64,000 nt of DNA, taken from the NCBI GenBank assembly GCA_963755025.1, contig CAVWIH010000020.1:64001-128000 (forward strand). The letters run 5' to 3'. A program made the position numbers and the translations under genes. This DNA is from an uncultured Actinomycetes bacterium (lineage in GTDB: Bacteria > Actinomycetota > Thermoleophilia > UBA2241). The notes beneath the pieces are model-generated. The model was not told the origin of the DNA and searched no databases. It worked only from the letters and a program-made list of their open reading frames with translations. Positions 28,662-37,969 of this stretch are shown here, piece by piece; within the stretch, counting starts at the first letter, position 1; each line of letters starts with the position of its first letter.

Positions 28662-29246
28662 TCAGGCTGCCTTGGTCACGTCCTGCTCGGCGGTCGCCGT
28701 CACGCTGCCCGTCGCCCTGTTGACCCGCCGGGCGTGGACGAAGCCCAGCACGGAGAGGACCAGGAGGATGGCTCCGCCGACGAGGCTCACGATCGCGGCG
28801 ATGCCGACGATCATGCCGACGGTGCCGAACGCGTAGGCGTTCAGCAGCAGGCCACGCAGGGTGGTGCCCTGGAACAACGTGGCTTCCTGGGTCTTAAGGG
28901 TGACGTTGGTGGGATCGGCGAGCGCCGCGGAGCTCACCTGTGCGTAGGTCTTGCCGCCGGCGACCTCGCTCAGGTGCACGGCGATGAAATGGTTGGCGTA
29001 GGTCTGCGCCTGAGCGCCGGTGGTGAGTTGCTGGCCGGCGTACTTCTGCATCGCCACGAACTGCGGACCGGCGATCGCCGGGCTACCCTTGGGCGGGAAG
29101 AAGATCTTCTGCGAAGCGAGCTGCGTGTGGACCTGGTTGTCGATGTAGGTATGACCCCAGACCAGGAGGCCACCGGCCGCCAGGAGTACGACGGCGACGA
29201 TCAGACCGGTCCAGCTTATGAAGTAGTCGACGAATCTGCGATCCAT
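28662..29246 (-). CDS. Conserved actinobacterial-type hypothetical membrane protein
   Basis: N- and C-terminal TM; QLASQKIFFP, YAGQQLTTGAQAQTYANHFIAVHL and TLFQGTTLRGLLLNAYAF; AGGAGG RBS. Confidence 0.75.
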   Translation of the reverse strand: MDRRFVDYFISWTGLIVAVVLLAAGGLLVWGHTYIDNQVHTQLASQKIFFPPKGSPAIAGPQFVAMQKYAGQQLTTGAQAQTYANHFIAVHLSEVAGGKTYAQVSSAALADPTNVTLKTQEATLFQGTTLRGLLLNAYAFGTVGMIVGIAAIVSLVGGAILLVLSVLGFVHARRVNRATGSVTATAEQDVTKAA

Positions 29247-29448
29247 GGTGACCCCTCCTGAGTGACGCCGCGGGGCCGTTGCGGCCCCGCGTTGCGGATA
29301 CTTTGTGAGGGTTATCACCGTGACCGCAGTGTTTTAACCACGTGAACGCGCGATCGCGGCGGGCCGAGAGGGTCGGCACCCCAAGGGAGGGGCCGCGCGG
29401 CTCGACAGTGCCGCGCGGCCCCACATGCGTCGGTGGTGTCCGGGCCGC

Positions 29449-31053
29449 TCAGTCGGGCGGCAGCAGCCTCACCGTCATGGTGAGGCTCGTGCCGCGGCGC
29501 TCGCGCACGACGGCCACCATGCGGTAGATCGCCAGGCAGCCCGCGAGGATGGCGACCCAGAGCAGGATCGCCTTGGGCTGGTGGGCGATGCTCGTGCCCG
29601 AGTTGGCGTCGGTCAGGTTGAGGTACGCGGCCACGAGCACGGGCGGTATGGTCACGATGCCGAGCCACGTGAGCGAGCTCAGGCCGGCAAAGCGGCGCGC
29701 CGGCGGCAGGGTGAAGTTGCGCCGGCCGGCCACCCGCGGCAGCACGATCGCCACCAGAGCGACGCAGAGCCATTCCGTGAACATGACGATCATGCCCGAG
29801 AGCAGCGAGAGGTGGGCGTAGATCATGAGCGCCGTGAACACGGTGGCCACGGCGAAGGTCAGCAGCAGGGCGCGGTAGGGGGTGTGCCAGCGGGGGTGCA
29901 CCTCGGCGCACCAGCGCGGCAGGAGACCGTCGAGCGACCAGGCGAACAGGCAGCGCGAGACGCACATGGCGGTCGGTCCCACCCAGGCGAAGCCCCACAC
30001 CGTGAAGGCGGCCATGAGGGCGATGGCCAGCACGCCGTGGTGCAGCGCGAGGGCGACCAGCTCGGCGAAGGCCGGCGTAGAACCCAAGCCGAGCTTGGCG
30101 GCCGGCGTGAAGGCCAGGTTGGCGAAGAACGTCATGCCGAACAGGTGGCTCAGGGCGAAGGTCACGCCCAGCAGCCAGGCGAGGGTCCAGGTCGTGGCGC
30201 CGAGCACGCCGATCGACTGCGTGCGGGCCGGACGGCGCACCTCGCCGGCGATGAACACCGAGAAATAGCAGCCCAAAAAGACGATCCACGGCCAGATCGC
30301 GGCGTGCAGCGTGGCCGACCAGGAAAAGCCGGGCGCCTTGCCGGCGGCGAGCGCCGCGACCGGCCCGGCGTGGATACGCGCCAGCTGGCCGTCGACGTGG
30401 GCCAGGGCGCCGGCCCGCGAGAACAGCAGGGCGGCGATCACGACGGCGGCCAGGGCGGCCGTGCCCAGCACGAAGGCCGCGCCCTGGGCGCGAAAGTAGA
30501 GCTTGCCGCCGCGGATCATGAGCGCCGCGTAGGCGGCGAGCACGGCCAGCGAGACGAGGAAGGTGCCGGTCGGGGTGCTCAGCCAGTTGGCCAGATGGTT
30601 CGCCCCGGTGCTGCCGGTGTAGGCGGCCGCGACGCGCGCCAGCGGGGTGAGGCCGTACTCCACCGTGTAAAGGCCGCCGAGCCCCACGAACAGGCAGAAG
30701 TAGGCCATCGCCGCGGCGTTCACGGCGAAGCCCAGGGCGGGGCTCAGCGTGCGCGAGATCGAGACGTAGTCGCCGCCCGAGCGCGGAAACGCGACGGCGA
30801 GGCGCACGTAGAGCAGGTTGAGCGGCAGGATGCCGACGAAGGCCAGCAGCACGGCCAGGTAGAGGTTGGCGCCGGGGTAGAGGCCGGGGCCGAGCAGCGT
30901 GAGCCACACCAGGCCTATGCCGATGTTGGCGTTCATCACGTTGAAGCCAAACACCTGCCACGAGGTGATCTCGCGCACCAGGCCGCTGGCCTGCCGCGCG
31001 AACGGGCTCACCGCCGAGCGCTGCGCCGCGGATTGCTGTGAGAGAGCTTGCAT
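29449..31053 (-). CDS. APC family (amino acid permease) transporter
   Basis: FARQASGLVREI, FPRSGGDYVSISRTL, AGEVR and SRCLFAWSLDGLLP...VHPRWHTP; about 12 TM; GGAGG RBS before ATG 31053. Confidence 0.9.
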   Translation of the reverse strand: MQALSQQSAAQRSAVSPFARQASGLVREITSWQVFGFNVMNANIGIGLVWLTLLGPGLYPGANLYLAVLLAFVGILPLNLLYVRLAVAFPRSGGDYVSISRTLSPALGFAVNAAAMAYFCLFVGLGGLYTVEYGLTPLARVAAAYTGSTGANHLANWLSTPTGTFLVSLAVLAAYAALMIRGGKLYFRAQGAAFVLGTAALAAVVIAALLFSRAGALAHVDGQLARIHAGPVAALAAGKAPGFSWSATLHAAIWPWIVFLGCYFSVFIAGEVRRPARTQSIGVLGATTWTLAWLLGVTFALSHLFGMTFFANLAFTPAAKLGLGSTPAFAELVALALHHGVLAIALMAAFTVWGFAWVGPTAMCVSRCLFAWSLDGLLPRWCAEVHPRWHTPYRALLLTFAVATVFTALMIYAHLSLLSGMIVMFTEWLCVALVAIVLPRVAGRRNFTLPPARRFAGLSSLTWLGIVTIPPVLVAAYLNLTDANSGTSIAHQPKAILLWVAILAGCLAIYRMVAVVRERRGTSLTMTVRLLPPD

Positions 31054-31190
31054 GTGCCGACCTCCGGATCCTCGCCAGAAAACAACAAATCCCGGGCCGC
31101 CTCTCTGCGAGACTGCCCGGGACCCTGACGCTGCTGGATCCGTGCACGAGCAGTGCCCGCCCCGTACCACGGGGGCGGCGACGGCACCGC

Positions 31191-31353
31191 TTGGAGACAG
31201 GTCTTCTGGCTTGCCGGATCGTCCTTGCGCCGCACCTTCCCACCGGCGTAAAGCCGGCAGTGGCGTGTTCAGCGGCGGTCGTCCCCGGTCACAGCGGCGG
31301 GTCCGCGACGGCTTTGCACCGTCTTCCCTCGAGGCCCCTTACGGGCATCTCCG
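31191..31353 (-). promoter_or_regulatory. Cobalamin (AdoCbl-type) riboswitch
   Basis: Minus strand reads AGGGAA-gacGGTGCAAAGCCgtc-GCGGA-CCCGCCGCTGTGA...GCCACTG...TGGGAAGG...AAGCCAGAAGACCTG (B12 box). Confidence 0.93.
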
Positions 31354-31580
31354 TCGTTAAGGGTAACGGGGTGCGCGGGGGAGCGTCAACCCAGGGCGGG
31401 CCGGCGTCGGTCCCATCAAACGCATAGGACAGCGCCGGCCGCAGTGCTCGACGAAGTCCTGGCGCTGCTCGACGCGTGTCTCTACTGAGCGCCGCCGGAC
31501 GCGTCACCTGACCCGCTCCAGCGCGGAAGAATGCCGGCACGGGAACGGCGCGGAGCGGCGCCCGCTCCGCTCAGGCCCCG

Positions 31581-31778
31581 TCAGGCGTCGTAGGCGACCA
31601 CCCTGATGAGGCCGATGGTCTCGCCGGTGTCGCCCGCGGTGGTGGAGTCGCTCACCGAGTAGACGGTCGTCGCCTTCTCGTCGGCGAGGAACTTGCCTAC
31701 CGTCTCGTCGAGCTCGGTGAGCTCGCGGATGGTCGCGAAGATCTTGATGGGGGTGGCGAAGGTCTTCACTTTGATCAT
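31581..31778 (-). CDS. Small hypothetical protein
   Basis: 65 aa with strong coding bias and AAGGA RBS (MIKVKTFATPIKIF...GETIGLIRVVAYD). Confidence 0.75.
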   Translation of the reverse strand: MIKVKTFATPIKIFATIRELTELDETVGKFLADEKATTVYSVSDSTTAGDTGETIGLIRVVAYDA

Positions 31779-31973
31779 GGCTGTCCTTTCGACCGGTGGG
31801 TGGGCCGGCGCCCCTTGGGCGTCACCCCGAGATACCCACCCGACGTACGTCGCAAGCAGGCCACGAGTTCCCGGGTCGGCAAGGTGGGTGCGCGCCCGTC
31901 GTCAGGGCCCCCGCGGGCTACCCAACGACCCACGTTTTGCCGCCCGTTCGCGGGGGCGTATAGTTAGGCAACG

Positions 31974-32678
31974 ATGGCAATCGTGCGACAATGGGACCTC
32001 TCGCAACTGGGCACCCTTGGGGGCGCCCTGGGCGACGCGACCAGGTTCGCCATGTACAAGCTCGTCGTCGACTCGCCCGAATCGGTCTCGGCCGCCGAAG
32101 CGGCCGACGCCTTCGGCCTGCACCGTACGGTCGCCCGCTCGCACCTCGAAAAGCTCGCCCACGCCGGTCTGCTGGTCGTCGACAACCGTCGCAACCCGCG
32201 CGGCGGCCGTCCGGCCAAGGTCTACTCTCCGTCGGGCGTGCGCCTCGACATTCAGCTGCCGCCGCGCCGCTACGAGGCCCTGGCCGGCATGCTGGCTCGC
32301 CTGGTCGACACGTCGGGGGCGGGCTCGGCGGCATCGGCCCAGGCGGTCGGCTACCAGTGCGGCCGCGAGATCGCCGCCGACCTGCCGAACGGTCACGGCG
32401 AGCACGAGAACGGCGCCGGCCTCGACAGCGTCATGGCCTATCTCGCCACCGCCGGTTGCAGCCCGCGGGTCGTCTCGCGCGACGCGCACAAGCTGGTCGT
32501 CGAGGTGGGCAGCTGCCTGTACCCCGAAGTCGCCCGCGAGCACCCCGGTGTGGTCTGCGACCTGAGCTCGGGCCTGCTCTGCGGCCTGCTGGGTGTCGAC
32601 CCCGCGGCGCACCGGCACACCAGGTCTATCCTGAGCGGCGACGCCACCTGCATGCACGAGTTCGCGCTGCCCGCCTGA
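31974..32678 (+). CDS. ArsR/SufR-like winged-HTH regulator with Cys-containing sensor domain
   Basis: ALGDATR, ARSHLEKL, GGRPAKVY, PRRYE, CLY..VA.EHPGVVC and SGDATC. Confidence 0.85.
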   Translation: MAIVRQWDLSQLGTLGGALGDATRFAMYKLVVDSPESVSAAEAADAFGLHRTVARSHLEKLAHAGLLVVDNRRNPRGGRPAKVYSPSGVRLDIQLPPRRYEALAGMLARLVDTSGAGSAASAQAVGYQCGREIAADLPNGHGEHENGAGLDSVMAYLATAGCSPRVVSRDAHKLVVEVGSCLYPEVAREHPGVVCDLSSGLLCGLLGVDPAAHRHTRSILSGDATCMHEFALPA

Positions 32679-32731
32679 CGCAGTTCGCGCCGCGGCCGCG
32701 CCTGCCGCTTACTTCCGTATGACCGCGGCGT

Positions 32732-33130
32732 TCACCAGCCGGGCAGCGCTTGCTCGCCGCTCAGGCTGCGGGCGTCGGTGAGGTCCTGGTTGACCTCGAG
32801 GATGCCGCGGTAGGCGCCGGCGTCGTCGCGCACGGCCGTGTAGCGCGTGTAGTGGAACTTGTCGCCTTCGCTGTGCCAGCCTTCGGCCACGTCGCGCTCG
32901 CCGCTGCGGAAAGCCTGCAGGATGGTCTCGAGCACTGCGAGCGAGCCGCCCGGGTGGCAGGCGCGGACGTCCTTGCCGATGAAGTGCGGGTCGCAGGTGC
33001 GGTAGGTGATCCCCGACCAGTAGCGCAGGATGTCGTTTTCGTCGGCGAAGCTCACGTCGACCGGCAGCATGCGCAGCACGAACGGCAGGTGCTCGGCGTC
33101 GATGGCGCCGCGCTGAAAGAAGAGGGTCAT
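32732..33130 (-). CDS. Stand-alone PAS domain protein (PAS_10/DUF438-associated type)
   Basis: LPVDVSFADENDILRYW, IGKDVRACHP and YTAVRDDAGAYRGILEVNQD. Confidence 0.85.
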   Translation of the reverse strand: MTLFFQRGAIDAEHLPFVLRMLPVDVSFADENDILRYWSGITYRTCDPHFIGKDVRACHPGGSLAVLETILQAFRSGERDVAEGWHSEGDKFHYTRYTAVRDDAGAYRGILEVNQDLTDARSLSGEQALPGW

Positions 33131-33211
33131 GGTGGTGGACTCCTTACGTCGCCGGCCGCCGCGTGCGCCCGCCCGACCGACGAGCGGGAGTGGCGACCTT
33201 CCGCGAGAAGT

Positions 33212-34051
33212 CTAGTCCTTCGCGGCCCGGTAGTCCCACGGCCCGGCTGCCAGGGCGGCCTCGAGCGCTTTGCGGCCGTCGTGCAGGACGGGGTCGCCGT
33301 GAGTCGTGAGCACGCGCTCCACGTCGCGGTGCAGCAGCGGCCGCATGGTCGGCACGAACACGCGCTCGTGCCAGGCGGGGTCGGTCGACGCCTGCTGCCA
33401 CACGCGCAGGCCGCCGTCGATGCCGATCACCGCGTCGCCAAAGGCGAGCGCTCGGTGAGCGGGGAAGAAGAGCGGCATCTCAAAGCGGCGCGGCTTGCCG
33501 ATCGCCAGGGCGAGAGCGTCGTCGCCGACCGGCCGCCCGGGCTCGATCTCGTGCAGGGTCGTCGCCGGGTCGAGAAAGCGCTTGGCCACAGCGCGGTGCC
33601 CCCAGATAGTGGTCGGCAGGGCGTCGCGGTAGCGCGCCAGCAGCTCCTCGGCGCTACGCGCGTGGTAGGGGATGGTGATCATGATCTCCAGGCGCGTCGC
33701 CTCGCGCGCCAGCCGGTCGAGGGCGCGTTCGACGTCGGCGCGCGTGTCGGCCCCGGGGCGCGCGTCGGCGTCGGGGCGCGCGTCGGCGCCGGAGCGACCG
33801 CCGGCGTCGGAGCGACCGCCGCCGGCCCGCCGCTTGCCGCCGTTGGCGCGGGCGTCGTCGGCGCGCGCGCGTGCGGCCTGCGCTTCGCCGTCGGCGAGGC
33901 CCGCGCCGGGGGCCGGCAGCAACGGGTCGACCAGCACCAGCGCGTCGCCGACCAGGGCGAAGCTCGCCACCTCGTGGCCCCACTCGATGCGCGTGTGCCA
34001 CTCGGGGTGGCGCGCGGTCCAGCGCCAGATGCCCGGCGCGATCTCGTTCAT
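33212..34051 (-). CDS. MBL-fold hydrolase-like protein with an internal low-complexity insert
   Basis: EIAPGIWRWTARHPEW, LVLVDPL, TIPYHARS, AFGDAV and VLTTHGDP. Confidence 0.7.
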   Translation of the reverse strand: MNEIAPGIWRWTARHPEWHTRIEWGHEVASFALVGDALVLVDPLLPAPGAGLADGEAQAARARADDARANGGKRRAGGGRSDAGGRSGADARPDADARPGADTRADVERALDRLAREATRLEIMITIPYHARSAEELLARYRDALPTTIWGHRAVAKRFLDPATTLHEIEPGRPVGDDALALAIGKPRRFEMPLFFPAHRALAFGDAVIGIDGGLRVWQQASTDPAWHERVFVPTMRPLLHRDVERVLTTHGDPVLHDGRKALEAALAAGPWDYRAAKD

Positions 34052-34161
34052 GGGCCTCCCCTTCGTTCGACGTTGGTCACTGGAAGGAACATACCCGCGG
34101 GCGGCGCGGGGCGCGCCGGTGGGCCGAACGAGCGCGGGGCTGCGCCCGGCCGCAGGCACGC

Positions 34162-34196
34162 AAAAAGGGGCGGCGCGTGAGCGCCGCCCCTTTTTG
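34162..34196. terminator. Bidirectional intrinsic terminator after hdrB
   Basis: AAAAGGGGCGGCGC-GTGA-GCGCCGCCCCTTTTT. Confidence 0.85.
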
Positions 34197-34228
34197 GGCT
34201 TTGGTGGTGTGCGGCGTGCGGCCGTGCT

Positions 34229-35089
34229 CTAGGCAAGCACCGCGTCGACGGGCACCATGTGCTTCTTGAGGCCGAGCTCGCCGTCGCCCACGCCGATGGC
34301 GCGGCCGACGAACTGGCTCAGGTAGACGATCGGCACCTCGACCCAGCTGGGGTCGGCCTTTTTGATGTCGCCCTGCCGCGTGTCCAAGTTGACCTGGCAG
34401 AGCGGGCAGGCGCAGGCGATGGCCTGGGCGCCGCAGGCGCGGGCGTTGGCCACGATCTTGCGCACGAGCTCGACCACCACGGCCTGCTCGCAGAGCGCCA
34501 GCGAGGCGCCGCAGCAGTCGGTCTTGAAGGTCCACTCCACCGGCTCGCAGCCCAGGGCCTCGAGCACTTCGTCCATGTGCGTGGGGTACTCGGGGTCTTC
34601 GGCCAGGGTGACCTTGGGCGGCCGGGTGAGCAGGCAGCCGTAGTAGGCGGCCACCCGCAGGCCGGCGTAGGGGCGCTTGACCTTGGCCTTGAGCGTGTCG
34701 AGGCCGACCTCGTCGTGGTAGATGTCGACCAGGTTGAGCACGCCGACGCCGCCCGTGTAGGGGCGACCGACGACCTGGGCCACGTCGCGCGCCGTCTCGT
34801 CGTCTTGCACGTCGTGGTTGGTGGCCATGAAGCGGGCAAAGCAGGCGGCGCAGGGCACCGCGACGCGCTCGAGGCCGAGGTCGTCTTTGACCTTGGCCAT
34901 CTCGTTGGCCGGCAGGGCGGTGGCCAGCAGGCGGTTGGTGGCGTGCGCGGCGGTGTTGCCGCAGCACTCCCAGCCGGGGATCTCGACGAGGTCGACGCCG
35001 AGCGCTCTGGCGGTGCCCCGGAACGAGCTGTCGAGCTCGGGGGCGGTGCCGTGCAGCGAGCACCCGGGGTAGTAGGCGACGCGGCTCAT
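34229..35089 (-). CDS. hdrB: Heterodisulfide reductase subunit B
   Basis: YYPGCSL, WECCG, PCAAC, YYGCLLTRP, DCCGAS and ACPLCQVNLD (two CCG domains). Confidence 0.93.
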   Translation of the reverse strand: MSRVAYYPGCSLHGTAPELDSSFRGTARALGVDLVEIPGWECCGNTAAHATNRLLATALPANEMAKVKDDLGLERVAVPCAACFARFMATNHDVQDDETARDVAQVVGRPYTGGVGVLNLVDIYHDEVGLDTLKAKVKRPYAGLRVAAYYGCLLTRPPKVTLAEDPEYPTHMDEVLEALGCEPVEWTFKTDCCGASLALCEQAVVVELVRKIVANARACGAQAIACACPLCQVNLDTRQGDIKKADPSWVEVPIVYLSQFVGRAIGVGDGELGLKKHMVPVDAVLA

Positions 35090-35706
35090 GCGACACCTCC
35101 TGGGCCCGACTCGGCGGGCGCCTTGGCGGGCAGGTCCATCGCCTGAGCGATGGCCCGCTTGTCGCGCGTGATGCGGTCGGCGACCTGCGCCATGCGCTTC
35201 ATCTGCGGACGGTCGCCCAGCGTGGGCAGCGGGTTGATCTTGCCCTTTAAGAACATGCGGATGCCCATCGCCACGTCGTCGGTGAAGCTCGAGGGCCGCG
35301 TGATCTTGTCGAGGGCGAGCAGTTCGACTTCGTAGAGACGGCCCCAGCGCCGGAACGAGTCGTAGTTGAGCTTGAGGATGTTGGCAAAGGGCGCGTCGGA
35401 GCGCACGCGGCCTTCTTCGCGGGCGATCATGCGCAGCTCGTCCATGATGGCTGCGATGTCGATGCCCTGGGGGCAGCGCGTGGTGCAGGTCTCGCAGCCG
35501 GTGCACAGCCAGATGAAGCGGCTGTCGACGGCGGCGTCGACAGCGCCGATTTGCACGGCGCGCATGACCTGCGCCGGGTGAAAGTCGCCAAAGCCGGCGA
35601 CCGGGCAGCCGGTGCTGCATTTCTTGCACTGGTAGCACTTGTAGGCGTTCTCGCCCGAGCCACGGTTGACGCGGCGGGCGAGCGTGGCATCGATGGTCGT
35701 CGTCAC
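35086..35706 (-). CDS. hdrC: Heterodisulfide reductase subunit C
   Basis: CYQCKKCSTGCP and IWLCTGCETCTTRCPQGID; AAGGAGG RBS. Confidence 0.92.
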   Translation of the reverse strand: MTTTIDATLARRVNRGSGENAYKCYQCKKCSTGCPVAGFGDFHPAQVMRAVQIGAVDAAVDSRFIWLCTGCETCTTRCPQGIDIAAIMDELRMIAREEGRVRSDAPFANILKLNYDSFRRWGRLYEVELLALDKITRPSSFTDDVAMGIRMFLKGKINPLPTLGDRPQMKRMAQVADRITRDKRAIAQAMDLPAKAPAESGPGGVA

Positions 35707-35722
35707 GTCACCCTCCTTCCCG

Positions 35723-36669
35723 CTACGCCACAGCCGGGCGCGGCAGCAAGCCGGCGGCTTCGACGATCTCCGGCACGGCCGGCTCCCATTCGACGGCCAT
35801 GAGGTGCACGCCGGCCACTCCTTCGATCTCGGCGATCTCCTTGATCATCTCGACCGCGAGCTTTTTGCCCTCGGCCTGCTGCTCGGCGCCCTTTTCTTTG
35901 CGCGGCGATGCGATCGACGATCTCCTGCGGCACGTCCATGCCCGGCACGAAGTTCTTCATGTACTTGGCCATGCCGGCGCCCTTGATGGGGGTGATGCCG
36001 GCGAGGATCTTGATCTCCTTGTGCAGGCCGATGGCACGCACCTCTTCCATCCACTTCTTGAACTTGGGGATGTTGAAGATGCACTGGGTCTGCATGAAGT
36101 CGGCGCCGGCCTCGACCTTCTTCTTAAGGCGCAGGGCGCGGAACTCGAACGGGTCGCCGAACGGGTTCTCGGCGCAGCCGATGTAGAGCTCGGGCGACAC
36201 GGCCATCTCGTCGCCGCACTGGAACTTGGCCTCGTCGCGCATGTCCTTGTACATCTTGATCAGGTTGATGGCGTCGAGGTCGTGTACGCCCTTGGCTTGC
36301 GGGGTGGTTGCCGAAGCTCATGTGGTCGCCGGTCAGGCAGAGGATGTTCCTGATGCCCAGCACGTAGGCGCCGAGGATGTCGGCCTGCATGGCCAGGCGG
36401 TTACGGTCGCGGCAGGTCATCTGCATGATCGCCTCGAGGCCGTTCTGCTGGGCCTGCACGCCCGACGCCATGGAGCAGACGCGCACCACGGCGGTCTGGT
36501 TGTCGGTGATGTTGACGGCGTCGACGAAGCCCTTGAGGATCTTGGCCTTGTCGGCGATCACGCTGCCGTCGGCGCTCTTGGGCGGACCGCACTCGCCGGT
36601 GACCGCGAACTTGCCCTCGGAAAGGATCTTCTCGAGGTTGCTGCCTGCCTTGTACTCGGTCGCGGTCAT
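35723..36669 (-). CDS. metF: Methylenetetrahydrofolate reductase MetF (frameshifts near 36295 and 35900)
   Basis: FAVTGECGPPK, NITDNQ, QMTCRDRNRLAMQAD, CLTGDH | KKVEAGADFMQTQ | GVHLMAVEWE, spread over three frames. Confidence 0.88.
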
Positions 36670-37349
36670 ACCGGCTTCGCCTCCTCACGCACCATCTTGC
36701 GGGGGCCGCCGGAACTGCCCTTGCTCCAGTTCTTGGGCGGCCGATTGACGAGCATCAACTCTTCGCGACCCTGGGCCCTGAGGCGCTCCCAGATGAGCGC
36801 CCAGGCGCACTCGATGTCTTCTTTTTCGGGGGTCGTGACTTCGCACTTGCCGTCGTGCGAGCCGCCGCAGGGGCCGTTCATGAGACTCTTGGAGCAGCGC
36901 ACCACCGGGCAGATGCCGGCGGTCTCGCCGATGACGCAGTCGCCGCAGGCGCCGCAGCGCTCGAGCCACACGGCGTGCTCTTGCGGCATGCCCAGCATGT
37001 TGGTGTTGACGGCCGGCATGACCAGGCGAGGGCTGAACTTCTCGGCCATCGACTGGACGCCTATGCCACAGGCCATGCTCAGCACGAGCGGGTACTCTTC
37101 GACCTTGGCGCCGATGGCGTCGAGGTACTCCCACTCGCACTGGCGGATGGCGGCGGTGTGCTCGATCTGCACGTCGCGACCGTCTTCTTTGGCCTTGATG
37201 CGCAGCTGGGCGGCGAGGATCTCGGCCTCTTTTTCGCCGCCGGTCAGGCAGACTGCGACGCACGTGTCGCACCCGGCCACCAGGACTTTGTCGTGCCCCT
37301 CGGTCATGGCGTAGATCTCGTCGAAGGGCTTGCGTTCGGCTGTGATCAT
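36666..37349 (-). CDS. metV: MTHFR small Fe-S subunit MetV
   Basis: GCDTCVAVC.TGG, RQCE, MACGIGVQ, ERCGACGDC...GICPVVRCSKSLMNGPCGG and CAWALI. Confidence 0.9.
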   Translation of the reverse strand: MITAERKPFDEIYAMTEGHDKVLVAGCDTCVAVCLTGGEKEAEILAAQLRIKAKEDGRDVQIEHTAAIRQCEWEYLDAIGAKVEEYPLVLSMACGIGVQSMAEKFSPRLVMPAVNTNMLGMPQEHAVWLERCGACGDCVIGETAGICPVVRCSKSLMNGPCGGSHDGKCEVTTPEKEDIECAWALIWERLRAQGREELMLVNRPPKNWSKGSSGGPRKMVREEAKPV

Positions 37350-37380
37350 CTTGAGTGTCCTTCCTCCACGAAGATCGCGG

Positions 37381-37968
37381 TCATGCGCTTGGGGGGGTGT
37401 CGGCGTCGTCGGGCATGGCCAGGGCGCCCATCTCGCGGACGACGACCTCGTGGGCCGTGAAACCGTCGCGCGGACGCACCGGGTTGGGCCCCAGGCCGCG
37501 GATGCGCGCGGTGAAGTCGCGCGCGGTCTGGGCGAACTGCGGGCCCATGGCCGACGACATGTTGTACATCTCGACGCGACCGGGGTCGACGCCGATCTCT
37601 TCGAGCAGCTTCTTGACGTAGCCCACCCGCTTTTTGGCCCAGAGATTGCCCTTGAGGTAGTGGCACTCGCCCTCGAGGCAGCCCGCGGCGTAGACGCCGT
37701 CGGCGCCGGCTTCGAGCGCCTTGAGCAGGTGGATGACCTCGAGCTTGCCGGTGCAGGGCAGCTTGATCATGCGGATGTTCGAGGGGTACTGCAGGCGCAT
37801 GCTGCCCGCCAGGTCGGCGGCCGCATAGGCGCAGTAGTGACAGGCAAAGACGATGATCTCGGGCTCGAAGCCCTCGTTTGCCGGCAGGTCGGGCGCGGCG
37901 TCGCCTGCGGGGGCCGCGCCTTGTGAGTCGGCGGGAGCCGCGGCGGCCGCGGTGGGCTCGTCGGCCAT
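37381..37968 (-). CDS. mvhD: MvhD/FlpD [2Fe-2S] subunit
   Basis: FACHYCAYAAADLAGSMRLQYP, PCTGK and GADGVYAAGCLEGECHYLKGN. Confidence 0.93.
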   Translation of the reverse strand: MADEPTAAAAAPADSQGAAPAGDAAPDLPANEGFEPEIIVFACHYCAYAAADLAGSMRLQYPSNIRMIKLPCTGKLEVIHLLKALEAGADGVYAAGCLEGECHYLKGNLWAKKRVGYVKKLLEEIGVDPGRVEMYNMSSAMGPQFAQTARDFTARIRGLGPNPVRPRDGFTAHEVVVREMGALAMPDDADTPPSA

Positions 37969-37969
37969 C

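Noticed and set aside
31420-31491. Coding-like fragment (AAVLDEVLALLDACLY-stop) on the plus strand
   Set aside because: No start or RBS and too short to assign; at most a gene remnant.
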